Source: a virus (taxonomy: Duplodnaviria > Caudoviricetes). Taken from it: a DNA stretch of 31,410 nt. Made by a program: the position numbers and the translations under genes. Position 1 is the first letter of the stretch, and each line of letters starts with the position of its first letter. Shown piece after piece: positions 15,932 to 25,760 of this stretch. The stretch spans positions 1 to 31,410 of IMG/VR virus record IMGVR_UViG_3300005326_000102; one strand, written 5' to 3'. The notes below the pieces were generated by a model. That model did not search any database, was not told the origin of the DNA, and saw nothing but the letters and a program-made list of their open reading frames with translations.

Positions 15932-18104
15932 GGACACATTATTTTCAGAATTTCGGGGGATAAATCGCCAAGCGGACAAAAGCAATATGTCCCCGAAGTA
16001 TCTTTACGACGTTTATAACGGATATTTCTCGAAGTCCGGGACGATTAAGAAGCGGTTTGGTTATAACAAGAAATATAGTGTGCCGATAACGGCAAAAGAT
16101 ACTAACAAGGTACTATTAATAAATTTTGATGGTGCGGACGCCGCGACAACGCATATCGCAGAAACAGGACAGACGGTTACTTTTGTCGGTAACGCGCAAT
16201 TGGACACAGCACAAAAAAAATTCGGGGTCTCTTCTTTTTTGCTCGACGGTACGGGCGATTATGGAACTGTCCCGGATAATATTAACTGGAGTTTTGGTGC
16301 CGGGGATTTCATCATTGATATTCATGTGAGATTTGCTTCTTTGACAAACGAGCAACGATTAATAGGACAAGTGGCGGATTCAGATAATTATTGGTTTATA
16401 GGAAAACATACTGCCTCGAATGCAAATGCTTTAGAGTTTTATTTTAAGATTGGGGGCGTTGTCGTTGCCGATTACACCTCAGCTACTTGGGCAGGAGCAT
16501 CTACGACTAATTTTCACCATCTTCGCTTTGCCAGAATAGGAAGTTCAGTTTATATGTGGGCTGATGGAACGCCTCTTGCTCCTACGGAAACAGTCGCAAT
16601 CGGCACAAACAATCTCGGGAATGTTGCCGCGGATTTATGTATCGGGTCATTAGGGGGGAATCAAGCTGTTGACGGATGGATAGACAATGTTCTCATTCAG
16701 AAAGGTAATACCGCTACCGCCGGGGCCTTTACTCCTCCTACTCGGGCGCATAATCTTCATTATAATTCGACGAATACAGTTGATATTTTGGCTTATTACG
16801 AGGCAGTTTATGACGATGAATCGACAGACTATTTCTGTTGCTCTTCGACCACAATCTATCGGTGGAATGCCAGCGCTGCGGATTGGGATATCCTCAAGGA
16901 GCTAGCAAGCACAGCGACATATTTCTCCATAGCTCAGTATGGCGATGAGGTGTTATTTTCTGACGGGATTAATGCGCCGCAGACATTCACGAAGGGAGGA
17001 ACCGCGACGGCGGATTTTACAATGCCAGCTGGCGTGACTTCGTTTAAGCTCGTTCATGTCCATGAAAACCGGCTCTGGGGGATAACGACGACCTATGTGC
17101 CGTGGTATTCGGCGTTAGGTAATATCGACGACTGGACAACCTCTGGGGACGCTGGAGCGGGGTATCTTAACCTTTTGGCATACGTTTCAAAAGGTGATGA
17201 GATCGAGGCGGTTTCTACTTTTTCCAAAGCATACTTGGGTTTCTTTATGAAAGAACATGTGCTGATTTACAGTATCGGCGCGGTAGCCAGCGAGTTTCAG
17301 ATTTTGCAAACGATTATTAACACTGGGGCTAAGTCGGCGTTGTCTGTCATGTCGTTTGGTAATGACAATTATTATCTTGATGAGGACAGTCCTAAAAGTC
17401 TGGTCGCGTCAACAACAAGTCAAGAACTCGATATCAATGACTTTGTTGGCGGGGTGATGGGGAATTATTACCGCGACTTAATGTATGCCGCCAGCGGGGC
17501 GCGTATCTGCATGGCGAAATATACAAAAAAGTCATGGATTGTTATCCATATCCCAATAGGAACTGACGGGGGAGAAATTCATATTTGGGACTACGCCTAT
17601 AAAATCTGGTCGGGACGGTGGCGGGTTTATGACAAGGTAAATTCGATATTTCAAGACAGCGACGGTAATTTGTCTTTTGCTAGTGCGGGATATGTTTACA
17701 CGTTTGACGAAACCGTCCTTAACGACGACGGAGAAATTATAGAGTTCGTTGTGCAGACGCCTTTTTATCATGGCCGCGATCCGCTGGCTTATGAACGCGT
17801 CCCTTTTATGGAATTTCTTTCAGAGACAACGACGGCGGGAACAGAGCTTGAAGTTTCGGCGTTCTTTGATTACCAATCTGAATATTCGACTTATGAAGTC
17901 GTTCCTCTGGCGGCGAATGTATCTTTATGGGACGTGGCGCTATGGGATGTAAATTTATGGGACGCTTCCGGCCAAGCGGTCAGCCGGGTAAGAGTTACCG
18001 GGCGCGGGAAGATGCACCGTTTATCTTTCAGAAATAATCAGCTTGATAAAGACGTTGAATTGAAATATTGGAAAACTTTTCAAAAGAATCTTGGGTACAA
18101 CTAG
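15921..18104 (+). CDS. tail nozzle/hub protein (P22 gp10 / T7 gp12-like) with inserted LamG domain
   Basis: FRGIN, IKKRFGY, HENRLW, WYSALG..DW, LWDVALWDVNLWD motifs; LamG-like block at about 16090-16760. Confidence 0.8.
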   Translation: MSSRDTLFSEFRGINRQADKSNMSPKYLYDVYNGYFSKSGTIKKRFGYNKKYSVPITAKDTNKVLLINFDGADAATTHIAETGQTVTFVGNAQLDTAQKKFGVSSFLLDGTGDYGTVPDNINWSFGAGDFIIDIHVRFASLTNEQRLIGQVADSDNYWFIGKHTASNANALEFYFKIGGVVVADYTSATWAGASTTNFHHLRFARIGSSVYMWADGTPLAPTETVAIGTNNLGNVAADLCIGSLGGNQAVDGWIDNVLIQKGNTATAGAFTPPTRAHNLHYNSTNTVDILAYYEAVYDDESTDYFCCSSTTIYRWNASAADWDILKELASTATYFSIAQYGDEVLFSDGINAPQTFTKGGTATADFTMPAGVTSFKLVHVHENRLWGITTTYVPWYSALGNIDDWTTSGDAGAGYLNLLAYVSKGDEIEAVSTFSKAYLGFFMKEHVLIYSIGAVASEFQILQTIINTGAKSALSVMSFGNDNYYLDEDSPKSLVASTTSQELDINDFVGGVMGNYYRDLMYAASGARICMAKYTKKSWIVIHIPIGTDGGEIHIWDYAYKIWSGRWRVYDKVNSIFQDSDGNLSFASAGYVYTFDETVLNDDGEIIEFVVQTPFYHGRDPLAYERVPFMEFLSETTTAGTELEVSAFFDYQSEYSTYEVVPLAANVSLWDVALWDVNLWDASGQAVSRVRVTGRGKMHRLSFRNNQLDKDVELKYWKTFQKNLGYN

Positions 18105-18113
18105 GGGGCTGAT

Positions 18114-19016
18114 ATGTCAGTTGCAAAAACAAGACTTTATAACTTCGCCAATGATAGCGCGGCATCAACGCCGATTTCTTCGGCTAAAATTGACGCTGAG
18201 TTAGACGCAGTAATAGCTGCGCTCAATCAAAAGGTGCAGATAAAAAGCACCGCGCCGGGAACCCCTGTTGATGGTCAAACGTGGGTTGATTTATCGACCG
18301 ACCCGCCAACGTTGAAAATTTACGATCAAACGAATGCGGGATGGACGCCGTTAATTACAATCGCTTCTCCTGCTCAGGGCGGGACGATTTACCATAATGG
18401 CACACAATGGACACAGTTGGCAGCAGGAACCGCTGGCCAGACGTTAGTAACCGGCGGGGCAGCAGCAAACCCTGCTTGGGGAGGAATGACCACTCAAGGA
18501 GATGTTGAATTTCGCAGCGCCACGACTAGAGCGCGTTTAGCTGCCGGGACTTCTGGCATGTTTTTGAAAACTCTCGGTACTGGGGCAGACCCGGCTTGGG
18601 CATACATTACGAGAGATATCGGAGCGAGAGCCTACGCTTCCGGGCAGAGCATAGCCAACAATACAGCGACGGCGGTCGCCCTTGCGAACGAAACGTATGA
18701 CACGGATACCATTCACGATAATTCGACAAACAACAGCCGCCTCACGAGTAAAACCGCGGGGAAATATATCATTACCGGCTATGCCGCGTTTGACGTGAAT
18801 GGAACCGGAATTAGAGCGGCTGAGATCAGGCTAAATGGGACGACCAGATTAACTCAAGCAACCGGGACGACGGCAGGGAGTCCGACTGTTTCGCACAGTG
18901 TGGCGACCTTGTACTCGTTAGCAGTAAATGATTATGTCGAGTTGGTAGTTACTCAAACAAGTGGGGACGCCTTGAATCTCTCTGAGGGGAACTTGGCGAT
19001 GAGTCTTATCCCATGA
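18114..19016 (+). CDS. tail fibre/needle protein with C1q/TNF-like C-terminal head
   Basis: N-terminal KIDAELDAV anchor, two AAGTxGxxLxTxGxxAxPAW repeats, AGKYIITG...LAVNDYVEL head. Confidence 0.75.
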   Translation: MSVAKTRLYNFANDSAASTPISSAKIDAELDAVIAALNQKVQIKSTAPGTPVDGQTWVDLSTDPPTLKIYDQTNAGWTPLITIASPAQGGTIYHNGTQWTQLAAGTAGQTLVTGGAAANPAWGGMTTQGDVEFRSATTRARLAAGTSGMFLKTLGTGADPAWAYITRDIGARAYASGQSIANNTATAVALANETYDTDTIHDNSTNNSRLTSKTAGKYIITGYAAFDVNGTGIRAAEIRLNGTTRLTQATGTTAGSPTVSHSVATLYSLAVNDYVELVVTQTSGDALNLSEGNLAMSLIP

Positions 19017-19576
19017 TAAACGCATCTTCAATTTTAACTGGGAATGATTTTGTGCTTGTTCCGACGGTAGAGAAAGAGATTCCGTATATCTGGGAACTCT
19101 TAGCCCAGTGGAAGTCCGGGTGTTTGTGGAAGAGCATGTATAAAGATTATGACGAGTTTTTCCTTGATTTATCGTCGAGGCTGACCAATAAGAAGGACAT
19201 GCTATGGACGTGCTGGACGAAGAACGGAAAGGCGTCTAAAAAGTTTGGCGTTATTTTGTTATCGGATATTTGCTACGGACTAAGCACCGAGATCCACGGG
19301 ATAGCGGACAAAGATATTTATAAGACGATGACGCGAAAATCTTCTCTGGCGGACAAGGCTTTCAGTAAGGTATTGGATTTTTGCTTTGAAGGATTAGGGG
19401 TAGCGAGAGTTAACGCGACATTTTACAAGCAAGATAAGTTGATTCTAGCACTACTCAAGCGGCATGGATTCAAGAGGAATGCTTTTCTAAAAAAGTCGGT
19501 TTACATTAACCAAGAGATTTTTGACACATATATTTATGGCCTGCTCGAAGAGCAACATTTAAACAAGGGGAAATAA
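19013..19576 (+). CDS. GNAT-fold acetyltransferase (tail module)
   Basis: EIHG, FCFEGLGVARV, LKRHGFKR, YGLL; RimJ/RimL-like; position matches podoviral tail acetyltransferase-like genes. Confidence 0.75.
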   Translation: MINASSILTGNDFVLVPTVEKEIPYIWELLAQWKSGCLWKSMYKDYDEFFLDLSSRLTNKKDMLWTCWTKNGKASKKFGVILLSDICYGLSTEIHGIADKDIYKTMTRKSSLADKAFSKVLDFCFEGLGVARVNATFYKQDKLILALLKRHGFKRNAFLKKSVYINQEIFDTYIYGLLEEQHLNKGK

Positions 19577-19577
19577 A

Positions 19578-20537
19578 ATGTCTAAAAAAGAGAAACCCGC
19601 ATTTCAAGGGCCAATGACACAAGATCAATCCTTAGAAAAATTCACCCCGCAAGGTTTTTATGCTCCGACGGGAAATGTGACGTGGGGAAATGACGGGTAT
19701 AAGGCGACGATTAGCGACCAGTACAATCCGCTAAACGTCTTGCCTCAATACGACGATATGCGGTTACGGCTTCTTGGCGATATCGGGTTGACAGGTCAGG
19801 CCCGCGCTGATCAGCTAGACCAATACGGGAACGCCTTTATGGACAAGTCGCTGGAATACTCCGCGCCGCGATTAAAGGCGATGACTTATGGCCGGGGCCA
19901 AGCCGGGTCAAGAATGGCGGCAGATTCTTATTCCGATCTGGTTAATAAAGCCTCAACAGACGCGATATTAAGCCGGGAACAGCTAAGAAACCTCGATGAG
20001 CAGCTGAAGCTCCAACAGTTGACGGCGGTCGAGGGGGGAATAGGGAACGCTTATAATCAATATGGGAACATGATTCAACAGCTTTTATCCGGCGGGCAAA
20101 TTTCCCAGCAGGCGGCGAAGCAAGCGATGGATCAGGCGCGGGCGTATGTATCTGATTACAACACGCTTGAGTCTGAGAGAGTGAAGCGGGCTAATTCTTC
20201 AAATAACGCGGGGACAATCGGGAGTCTGGCTGGAACGGCGTTGGCAATCGGCGCGGCTCCTTTTACTGGCGGGGGTAGTTTGGCTTTTATGCCGCAGGCG
20301 GCTGCGCTGGGCGGTAGCATCGGCGGGATGTTTGACCCGGCCACAATGTCAAACGGCGGGGGCCAAAATAATGTCATCCAAGCCACCCAACTGATGAAGT
20401 CTTTCCCGTCTTTTGCTCCTTGGCAACCCGGACAGGCTGTCCCCGGATATGGCGGATATGGGGCAAGTACTCCGTCGGGAGTTTATAACACAGGAAGATT
20501 TAGTATGCTGCCCAAAACAGCGTTAGGGAGGGGATAA
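19578..20537 (+). CDS. putative DNA ejection/internal virion protein 1
   Basis: Gln/Ala-rich helical body with a Gly-rich hydrophobic segment (GAAPFTGGGSL). Confidence 0.65.
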   Translation: MSKKEKPAFQGPMTQDQSLEKFTPQGFYAPTGNVTWGNDGYKATISDQYNPLNVLPQYDDMRLRLLGDIGLTGQARADQLDQYGNAFMDKSLEYSAPRLKAMTYGRGQAGSRMAADSYSDLVNKASTDAILSREQLRNLDEQLKLQQLTAVEGGIGNAYNQYGNMIQQLLSGGQISQQAAKQAMDQARAYVSDYNTLESERVKRANSSNNAGTIGSLAGTALAIGAAPFTGGGSLAFMPQAAALGGSIGGMFDPATMSNGGGQNNVIQATQLMKSFPSFAPWQPGQAVPGYGGYGASTPSGVYNTGRFSMLPKTALGRG

Positions 20538-20538
20538 A

Positions 20539-21708
20539 ATGTCGGACATTCTTCCTCAATCACACTTTGATTATTTAAAAGAGCAGCGCGGGGTTGCGCG
20601 GGAAAACCAGTTGATTAACCAAGACCAGATCAACAACATCATCGTCGCGCAGGAGGTCAATAAGGCTTTTAACGCCTATGCTCAAAACAAGGATGGCACG
20701 AAATTTGTCCAGCAAATGCGGACGCTCGGCCATCTGTTCGGAAACGAGAAATTGCAGGGGTTCGAGATGCCGGATTATATGGGCGAGATGGGCCAGCCGG
20801 TTTATACGATGGACGATGCCGGGGCCTTAACCAAGAATGGCGTTGTTCCTAAAAACGCTATTATCAGGAATAAATCTAAGGAATCAGACGCTGCCCGATT
20901 AACCAGCGCAGTTCAGTCTGGTATGCAACCTGATCAATTGCGGGTTAACTTCCCCCAGTATGCCGACAAGATAGACCAGCTTGAGATGGCCGGGATTTTT
21001 CAACAAAAGGGGGTTACTGGCGCACAGGGGGCGCAAATACCGCCTTTTTCCATGCCACAGGGCCAAGGGTTATCTCAACCGGGAATGAGTGTTGAGCCGG
21101 GAATGACGCCGGTTAATGGCGGGATTGTTCCGACTGGCTGGGATGCGTTAGGGCGTCCGAAGGGATATGAACGCGAAAAACCAGATTTAGCGAAAATGAA
21201 ATTCGAGGCCGATCAAGCCGCAACAAAATTGACCGACGAGAAAAGAATTGAAAACGAACAAGAGTTTTCCGCAGACCTTCTTTCCACGATTGGAGAAATT
21301 AAGAAAGGGATAAAATATTTCGGCGCGGCCGGGTCTGTTCCTCCTCTTCCGGGGGAATATTCAAAAGTAAACTGGCGGGCTAATTTTGACAAACTGATAT
21401 CACAGCAAGTTTTAGAAACCCTCTCCGATCTTAAAAAACAGAGCAAAACCGGAGCGACAGGTTTTGGACAGCTAAGCAATAAAGAGCTAGGCATATTAAT
21501 GAACGCCGCAACAGTGCTAAAAAGGAACATGTCGGAAGAAGACGCCATGAGATATTTAAATGACATGGAAGCGGTGACAAGGAAAATCTCGGGTGGTGGT
21601 CGTCCTAGTTCTTCGACTGGCGGAAATTTCGAGGAAGGTAAAGTTTATCGTGATGCTCAAGGGAATCGGGCTGTTTTTCAGGGGGGGCGGTGGGTTGAGG
21701 CTCAGTAG
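20539..21708 (+). CDS. putative DNA ejection/internal virion protein 2
   Basis: GFGQLSNKE motif and C-terminal GKVYRDAQGNRAVFQGGRW module; position in the tail-ejection cluster. Confidence 0.65.
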   Translation: MSDILPQSHFDYLKEQRGVARENQLINQDQINNIIVAQEVNKAFNAYAQNKDGTKFVQQMRTLGHLFGNEKLQGFEMPDYMGEMGQPVYTMDDAGALTKNGVVPKNAIIRNKSKESDAARLTSAVQSGMQPDQLRVNFPQYADKIDQLEMAGIFQQKGVTGAQGAQIPPFSMPQGQGLSQPGMSVEPGMTPVNGGIVPTGWDALGRPKGYEREKPDLAKMKFEADQAATKLTDEKRIENEQEFSADLLSTIGEIKKGIKYFGAAGSVPPLPGEYSKVNWRANFDKLISQQVLETLSDLKKQSKTGATGFGQLSNKELGILMNAATVLKRNMSEEDAMRYLNDMEAVTRKISGGGRPSSSTGGNFEEGKVYRDAQGNRAVFQGGRWVEAQ

Positions 21709-21925
21709 GTTCTTCTGAAGACCTAATCATTTGAAAAAAGATTTTTAAAGCCTCGGGATGATTTTTAGGGTTTCTTAGATAAACAAGAAAAAGGAAGACA
21801 CCTAAAGTAATACCAATGAGTATTAACCCATATTCAATAATTGTTGCCATTGGTTCGACAGCCATAATGAAAAAGTCTAGCATAAAGTTTTTGAAAAAGC
21901 AAACTATCGGAAGCCTTAAATCCAA
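21605..21925 (-). CDS. putative opposite-strand membrane protein (moron-like)
   Basis: Strong TM segment YGLILIGITLGVFLFLVYL; occupies the AT-rich gap 21709-21972 but overlaps the upstream gene by about 100 bp; start uncertain. Confidence 0.45.
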   Translation of the reverse strand: MDLRLPIVCFFKNFMLDFFIMAVEPMATIIEYGLILIGITLGVFLFLVYLRNPKNHPEALKIFFQMIRSSEEPTEPQPTAPPEKQPDSLEHHDKLYLPRNFRQSKN

Positions 21926-21972
21926 GATTTATCCGTATCTGTTTGACAGGGTAGAAATTCAGAAAGGGATTT

Positions 21973-23613
21973 ATGCCATTTGACCCGAATACCGCAGTTC
22001 TGGAAGAAGCAAATCCGGAGAGATCTAAATTTGACCCCTCTACGGCGGTAAGAGAAGACCGCCCGAGCAGAGCGGATATGCTTGACCAACAAAGAGAAGC
22101 TCAAGTACAGCAAGCTAACGCTGAATATGGCGCAGCTCATCCTTACGCCACAGCTTCCAATAAAATTGCCCGCGATTTTTCCCGCGATTTGGCCACTATT
22201 CCCGCAAATTTTGTGAATCAACTCGCTATGAATTATCCCAGAAGTGCGGCAAGAACGGCGTTAAAAGATAATCCCGACTTAAAAGATAATCCCGTTGTTT
22301 CTTTTATGGCTAACCCTGAATCCGACAATCCCTTCGCTCAGGTGCTTTCAAAGACAGCTGGCGCAGCTGGCGCGGTTTATGGACTAGGCCCCAAACTGGC
22401 GCTTGGTGCGGCCAACGTCGGAGCGCGAATGGCTCCGAAAGTTATTCTTCCCGCCGCAAAAATGGCCACCGGGAAACTAGGACAAAAGTTAGCTACAGGA
22501 GCAGTAACCGGCTTTGCTGGTGGCGCAACTTACGCCCCGGACACGATAGCCAGAGAAGAATACGCCAAACAAGCCGCGTTAAGCACGGCGTTGGGTGTAA
22601 TGCTCCCCGGAGTTGGTCGGGTGATCAGTTCTCAAGCGCAAAAATATACCAGCAGCCCCGCGCAAAAACTTAAAGCAGCGATAAATCAAAACGCGGCTGT
22701 TTATCGGAAAATTCTGCGTCCTAACCAAGGCGAAGTTAATAAGGTCGAAATTAAGTCGGGGAAAAAGATTGACGATTATTACCGTCTTGCCGCTGAGGAA
22801 GGATTGATTATTAAGCAGACGAAAGATAAAAAACTCGACGTGTCTGATGCGTTGGTTAAGCTGCAAGACAGAAAGTTAGAATTGAATAACCAACTTAATT
22901 CAGCTTTGCGATCTGACAGGAAGAAACAGTTTAGTTTAGCAAAGTTGGGATATGAAGCTGCGGGAGAGTTAAGGAAGAAGTATAAAAATGACACTGAATA
23001 CAAAAAAGCCGTAGAAGATGTTTATCAGTATATTGGTGACGCGATAGAAGAACGAGGAAACAACCTTACTGGATCACAGTTGAATGACTTTAAACAAGGG
23101 ATGTGGTCTGTTTCTTACGACCCGCTCAGTCCCAACAAAAACAAGGTGGCGAGACAACTTGGTTTCCTCGCAAAAAAAGAAATTGAGCAGGCTTATTCAG
23201 ACAAGGCAATCAAGGAAACAAACCGACGGCTTGGAGACTTCCTGACCCTTGAAACATTACTTAATAACGCGCAAGGCCGCGTTGTGCAGGGCGGGAAGCT
23301 AGGAGGATATGCAGCAAGGGGAACCGGGGCGGTTGTGGGAGGATTGGCGGGTCAAGCAATCCCCATTCCCGGAGTAGGCCCGGTTGCGGGTTCTATTGCA
23401 GGTCAGGACATTGGGGGGAGAATTGCAGCTATTATCAACGACCCGGAACGGATAACGAAGGGATTGGCCAAGAGGGTGCAGAGAACAAACACTAAACCGG
23501 CTCTCGGAAGCAAGCAGATTAAGGGCGCGATGAAAAAAGGGATAAGTTTTATAGAGAGAACAGCGGATGAAGGCGAACAGATTATTAGAGGCAAGAGAGG
23601 TATTCTTTTTTAA
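21973..23613 (+). CDS. putative DNA ejection/internal virion protein 3
   Basis: MPFDP..AV repeats at the N-terminus, Ala/Gly-rich hydrophobic stretches, helical basic body. Confidence 0.65.
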   Translation: MPFDPNTAVLEEANPERSKFDPSTAVREDRPSRADMLDQQREAQVQQANAEYGAAHPYATASNKIARDFSRDLATIPANFVNQLAMNYPRSAARTALKDNPDLKDNPVVSFMANPESDNPFAQVLSKTAGAAGAVYGLGPKLALGAANVGARMAPKVILPAAKMATGKLGQKLATGAVTGFAGGATYAPDTIAREEYAKQAALSTALGVMLPGVGRVISSQAQKYTSSPAQKLKAAINQNAAVYRKILRPNQGEVNKVEIKSGKKIDDYYRLAAEEGLIIKQTKDKKLDVSDALVKLQDRKLELNNQLNSALRSDRKKQFSLAKLGYEAAGELRKKYKNDTEYKKAVEDVYQYIGDAIEERGNNLTGSQLNDFKQGMWSVSYDPLSPNKNKVARQLGFLAKKEIEQAYSDKAIKETNRRLGDFLTLETLLNNAQGRVVQGGKLGGYAARGTGAVVGGLAGQAIPIPGVGPVAGSIAGQDIGGRIAAIINDPERITKGLAKRVQRTNTKPALGSKQIKGAMKKGISFIERTADEGEQIIRGKRGILF

Positions 23614-23864
23614 TATGAACACTGTTGTTGGCAATATGAATAAGAATAACCTTTTGATGTACAAGAGTTCATACATTTAAAATCTGTCTGTTTAATTCTT
23701 GGCTGCGGAGAAGTTGGAATTTGGCCTGGCCCGTCATAGGAACACCTTTGTTGACAATATCCATACATATATCCCGATTTCAGGCAATCATTCATGCACA
23801 TAAAATCGGTTGAAGCAAAAGAGGGAGAAGTGAATAAAAGAATTGAAAGTATTGCCAGTATCAT
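23610..23864 (-). CDS. secreted Cys-rich tandem-domain peptide (moron)
   Basis: Signal peptide ending SFA; two TDFxCMNxCxxxGYxYxYCQQxCSY repeats; AAGGA RBS; own promoter. Confidence 0.85.
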   Translation of the reverse strand: MILAILSILLFTSPSFASTDFMCMNDCLKSGYMYGYCQQRCSYDGPGQIPTSPQPRIKQTDFKCMNSCTSKGYSYSYCQQQCSY

Positions 23865-23967
23865 ATTAATCCTTTCGTTAAAACATAACCCCCCGCTTCA
23901 ACGGCCAAGCCAAAGCAGGGGAAAAAGGGAATTGCCCTTTTAAGATGTATCTTGGCCGTTTGGTATA

Positions 23968-23996
23968 AATATACACCATGAACACCTTACTTTCAA
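23968..23996 (-). promoter_or_regulatory. sigma70-like promoter for the moron
   Basis: Minus strand TTGAAA (23996-23991), 17 nt, TATATT (23973-23968). Confidence 0.65.
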
Positions 23997-24020
23997 GTTT
24001 TTCACAACGGAGCCTCAACA

Positions 24021-25760
24021 ATGAATAAAATCAAGAAAATTTCGTTATCTTTACTCGTCGCCATTCTCGGGATCACGGCTTTTGCCTACGCCCAGCCCGC
24101 TTCCCAGCCATTTATCGCCTTTCTCCGCCAACTGCGGGACGTAAACACGACCGATGCCATTACGGGGAGTGTCTTGAAATATAACGCGACCACCGGAAAA
24201 TGGGCGGTTGGAGTTGACGAAGGCGGGGCGGAGGCTACCGGAGACGTTACCGGGGTAGGCGATTGCGCGGGCGGGGCCTGTCTTGACGGGACTAGCGATG
24301 GGGGGACGTGGATAAAATTTTATGACGCACAGGGAGTCGGGCAGTTGATTACGGGTAATTTAACAGAAGCGCGGGTTTGGACACTTCCGGATTTAACCGG
24401 GACGCTTTTAACCGTCGAATCAGCGGCTTTGACATATCAACCATTGGACGCCGACCTAACAACCTACGCCGGAATCACGCCTTCGGCTAATATACAAACA
24501 TTGTTAGGTTCGGCTGATTATTCAGCGGCGCGGACGAATTTGGGGCTGGCCATCGGGACGAACGTGCAGGCGTACAGCGCTGATACCACGACGCAGGGGA
24601 ATAAAGTCACGCTGACGCAGCCTGCGAACGGCTCAACGCTGACGATTGTGGACGGCAAGACACTAACGGCGACCAATACCGTTAACCTCAACACAATGAT
24701 CGACGCGAAGTGGTGCAAGTATTCCACGACCGGGACGGCGCTGGATTGTAACGTTGACCCTGTTACAGACACCAACACAACGTACAGCGCAACGGCTACC
24801 GGCGGCCTGACGTTTACGGGTACGGCAATTGGACTTACCCCTTGCACCGGCAACGAAAACTATATCCCGAAATGGAACGCCGCGACCGGGTGGACGTGTC
24901 AAGCAGATGCCTCTGGCGCGGGGGGCGGGTATACGACGTTAGGCCAGTTTGTTGACCAGGCAGCATGGAAGGTTTTTTATTCAGATGGTTCCGGGGACGT
25001 GCAGGAATTGGCATTAGGTGCGGCCAACACTTATTTCACCTCAGCGGGGGCAACGTCGGCACCGACGTTCGGGGCTATCCCGGCGGCGGGGATAGCGGCC
25101 ATGAGTTCGTCCGACTTAGCTGGGATATTGACCGACGAGGACGGCAGCGGGGATTGCGGGAGCGGGAAGGTCTGTTACGGCGATCACACACACACGACCT
25201 ACACAGCCGGGGGAAGCACCACGGAGTTGCAGCGCAACAATGGCGGAGTTCTTGGTGGAATAACGGGGTTTACGTCTAACGGAACGAATTTGACAGGGAC
25301 GGGTACGTTAAGCATGGGAACGGGGGTTTTGATTATCCCCAACACAGCCGCGGTTACGACCGCCGTAGCCGGGAGTATTGGCGTAGACCTCACCGATGAC
25401 CAGCTTAAATATTACGGCGCAGCAGAGCGGGTGGTGCCATATAAAGCACAAAAATGTTTTGCGTTAAATCTGCCTGTTGCCACAGATGATAATGTCCCGG
25501 TGTTTTTTCCAACGGACGCAATCACCGTTACAAATATGTACTGCATGACGCAGGGGGGAACGAGTGCAGAAATTATTTTATCTGACGGAACTAACGCGCT
25601 TGACACTATGACGTGTGACGCAGATGGGCAAGCAGATGATGGGAATATCGCAAACAACACTTTCACCGCGCTTGAACGGGTAGAGTTCGACACCGGCACG
25701 GTAACTGGTGCAGTCGATTGGGTGACGGTCTGTTTCACTTATACAACAACGGGGGAATAA
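24021..25760 (+). CDS. tail-fibre-like protein with Sec signal peptide and paired cysteines
   Basis: MNKIKKISLSLLVAILGITAFAYA|Q signal; LRQLRDV...GSVLKYNATTGKW, AARTNLGLAIGTNVQAY fibre motifs; Thr/Gly-rich; 12 Cys. Confidence 0.8.
   Translation: MNKIKKISLSLLVAILGITAFAYAQPASQPFIAFLRQLRDVNTTDAITGSVLKYNATTGKWAVGVDEGGAEATGDVTGVGDCAGGACLDGTSDGGTWIKFYDAQGVGQLITGNLTEARVWTLPDLTGTLLTVESAALTYQPLDADLTTYAGITPSANIQTLLGSADYSAARTNLGLAIGTNVQAYSADTTTQGNKVTLTQPANGSTLTIVDGKTLTATNTVNLNTMIDAKWCKYSTTGTALDCNVDPVTDTNTTYSATATGGLTFTGTAIGLTPCTGNENYIPKWNAATGWTCQADASGAGGGYTTLGQFVDQAAWKVFYSDGSGDVQELALGAANTYFTSAGATSAPTFGAIPAAGIAAMSSSDLAGILTDEDGSGDCGSGKVCYGDHTHTTYTAGGSTTELQRNNGGVLGGITGFTSNGTNLTGTGTLSMGTGVLIIPNTAAVTTAVAGSIGVDLTDDQLKYYGAAERVVPYKAQKCFALNLPVATDDNVPVFFPTDAITVTNMYCMTQGGTSAEIILSDGTNALDTMTCDADGQADDGNIANNTFTALERVEFDTGTVTGAVDWVTVCFTYTTTGE

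Noticed and set aside
17930-17966. tatgggac/t triple repeat
   Set aside because: It encodes the LWDxxLWDxxLWD motif usual near the C-terminus of this tail protein type and is not a separate DNA element.
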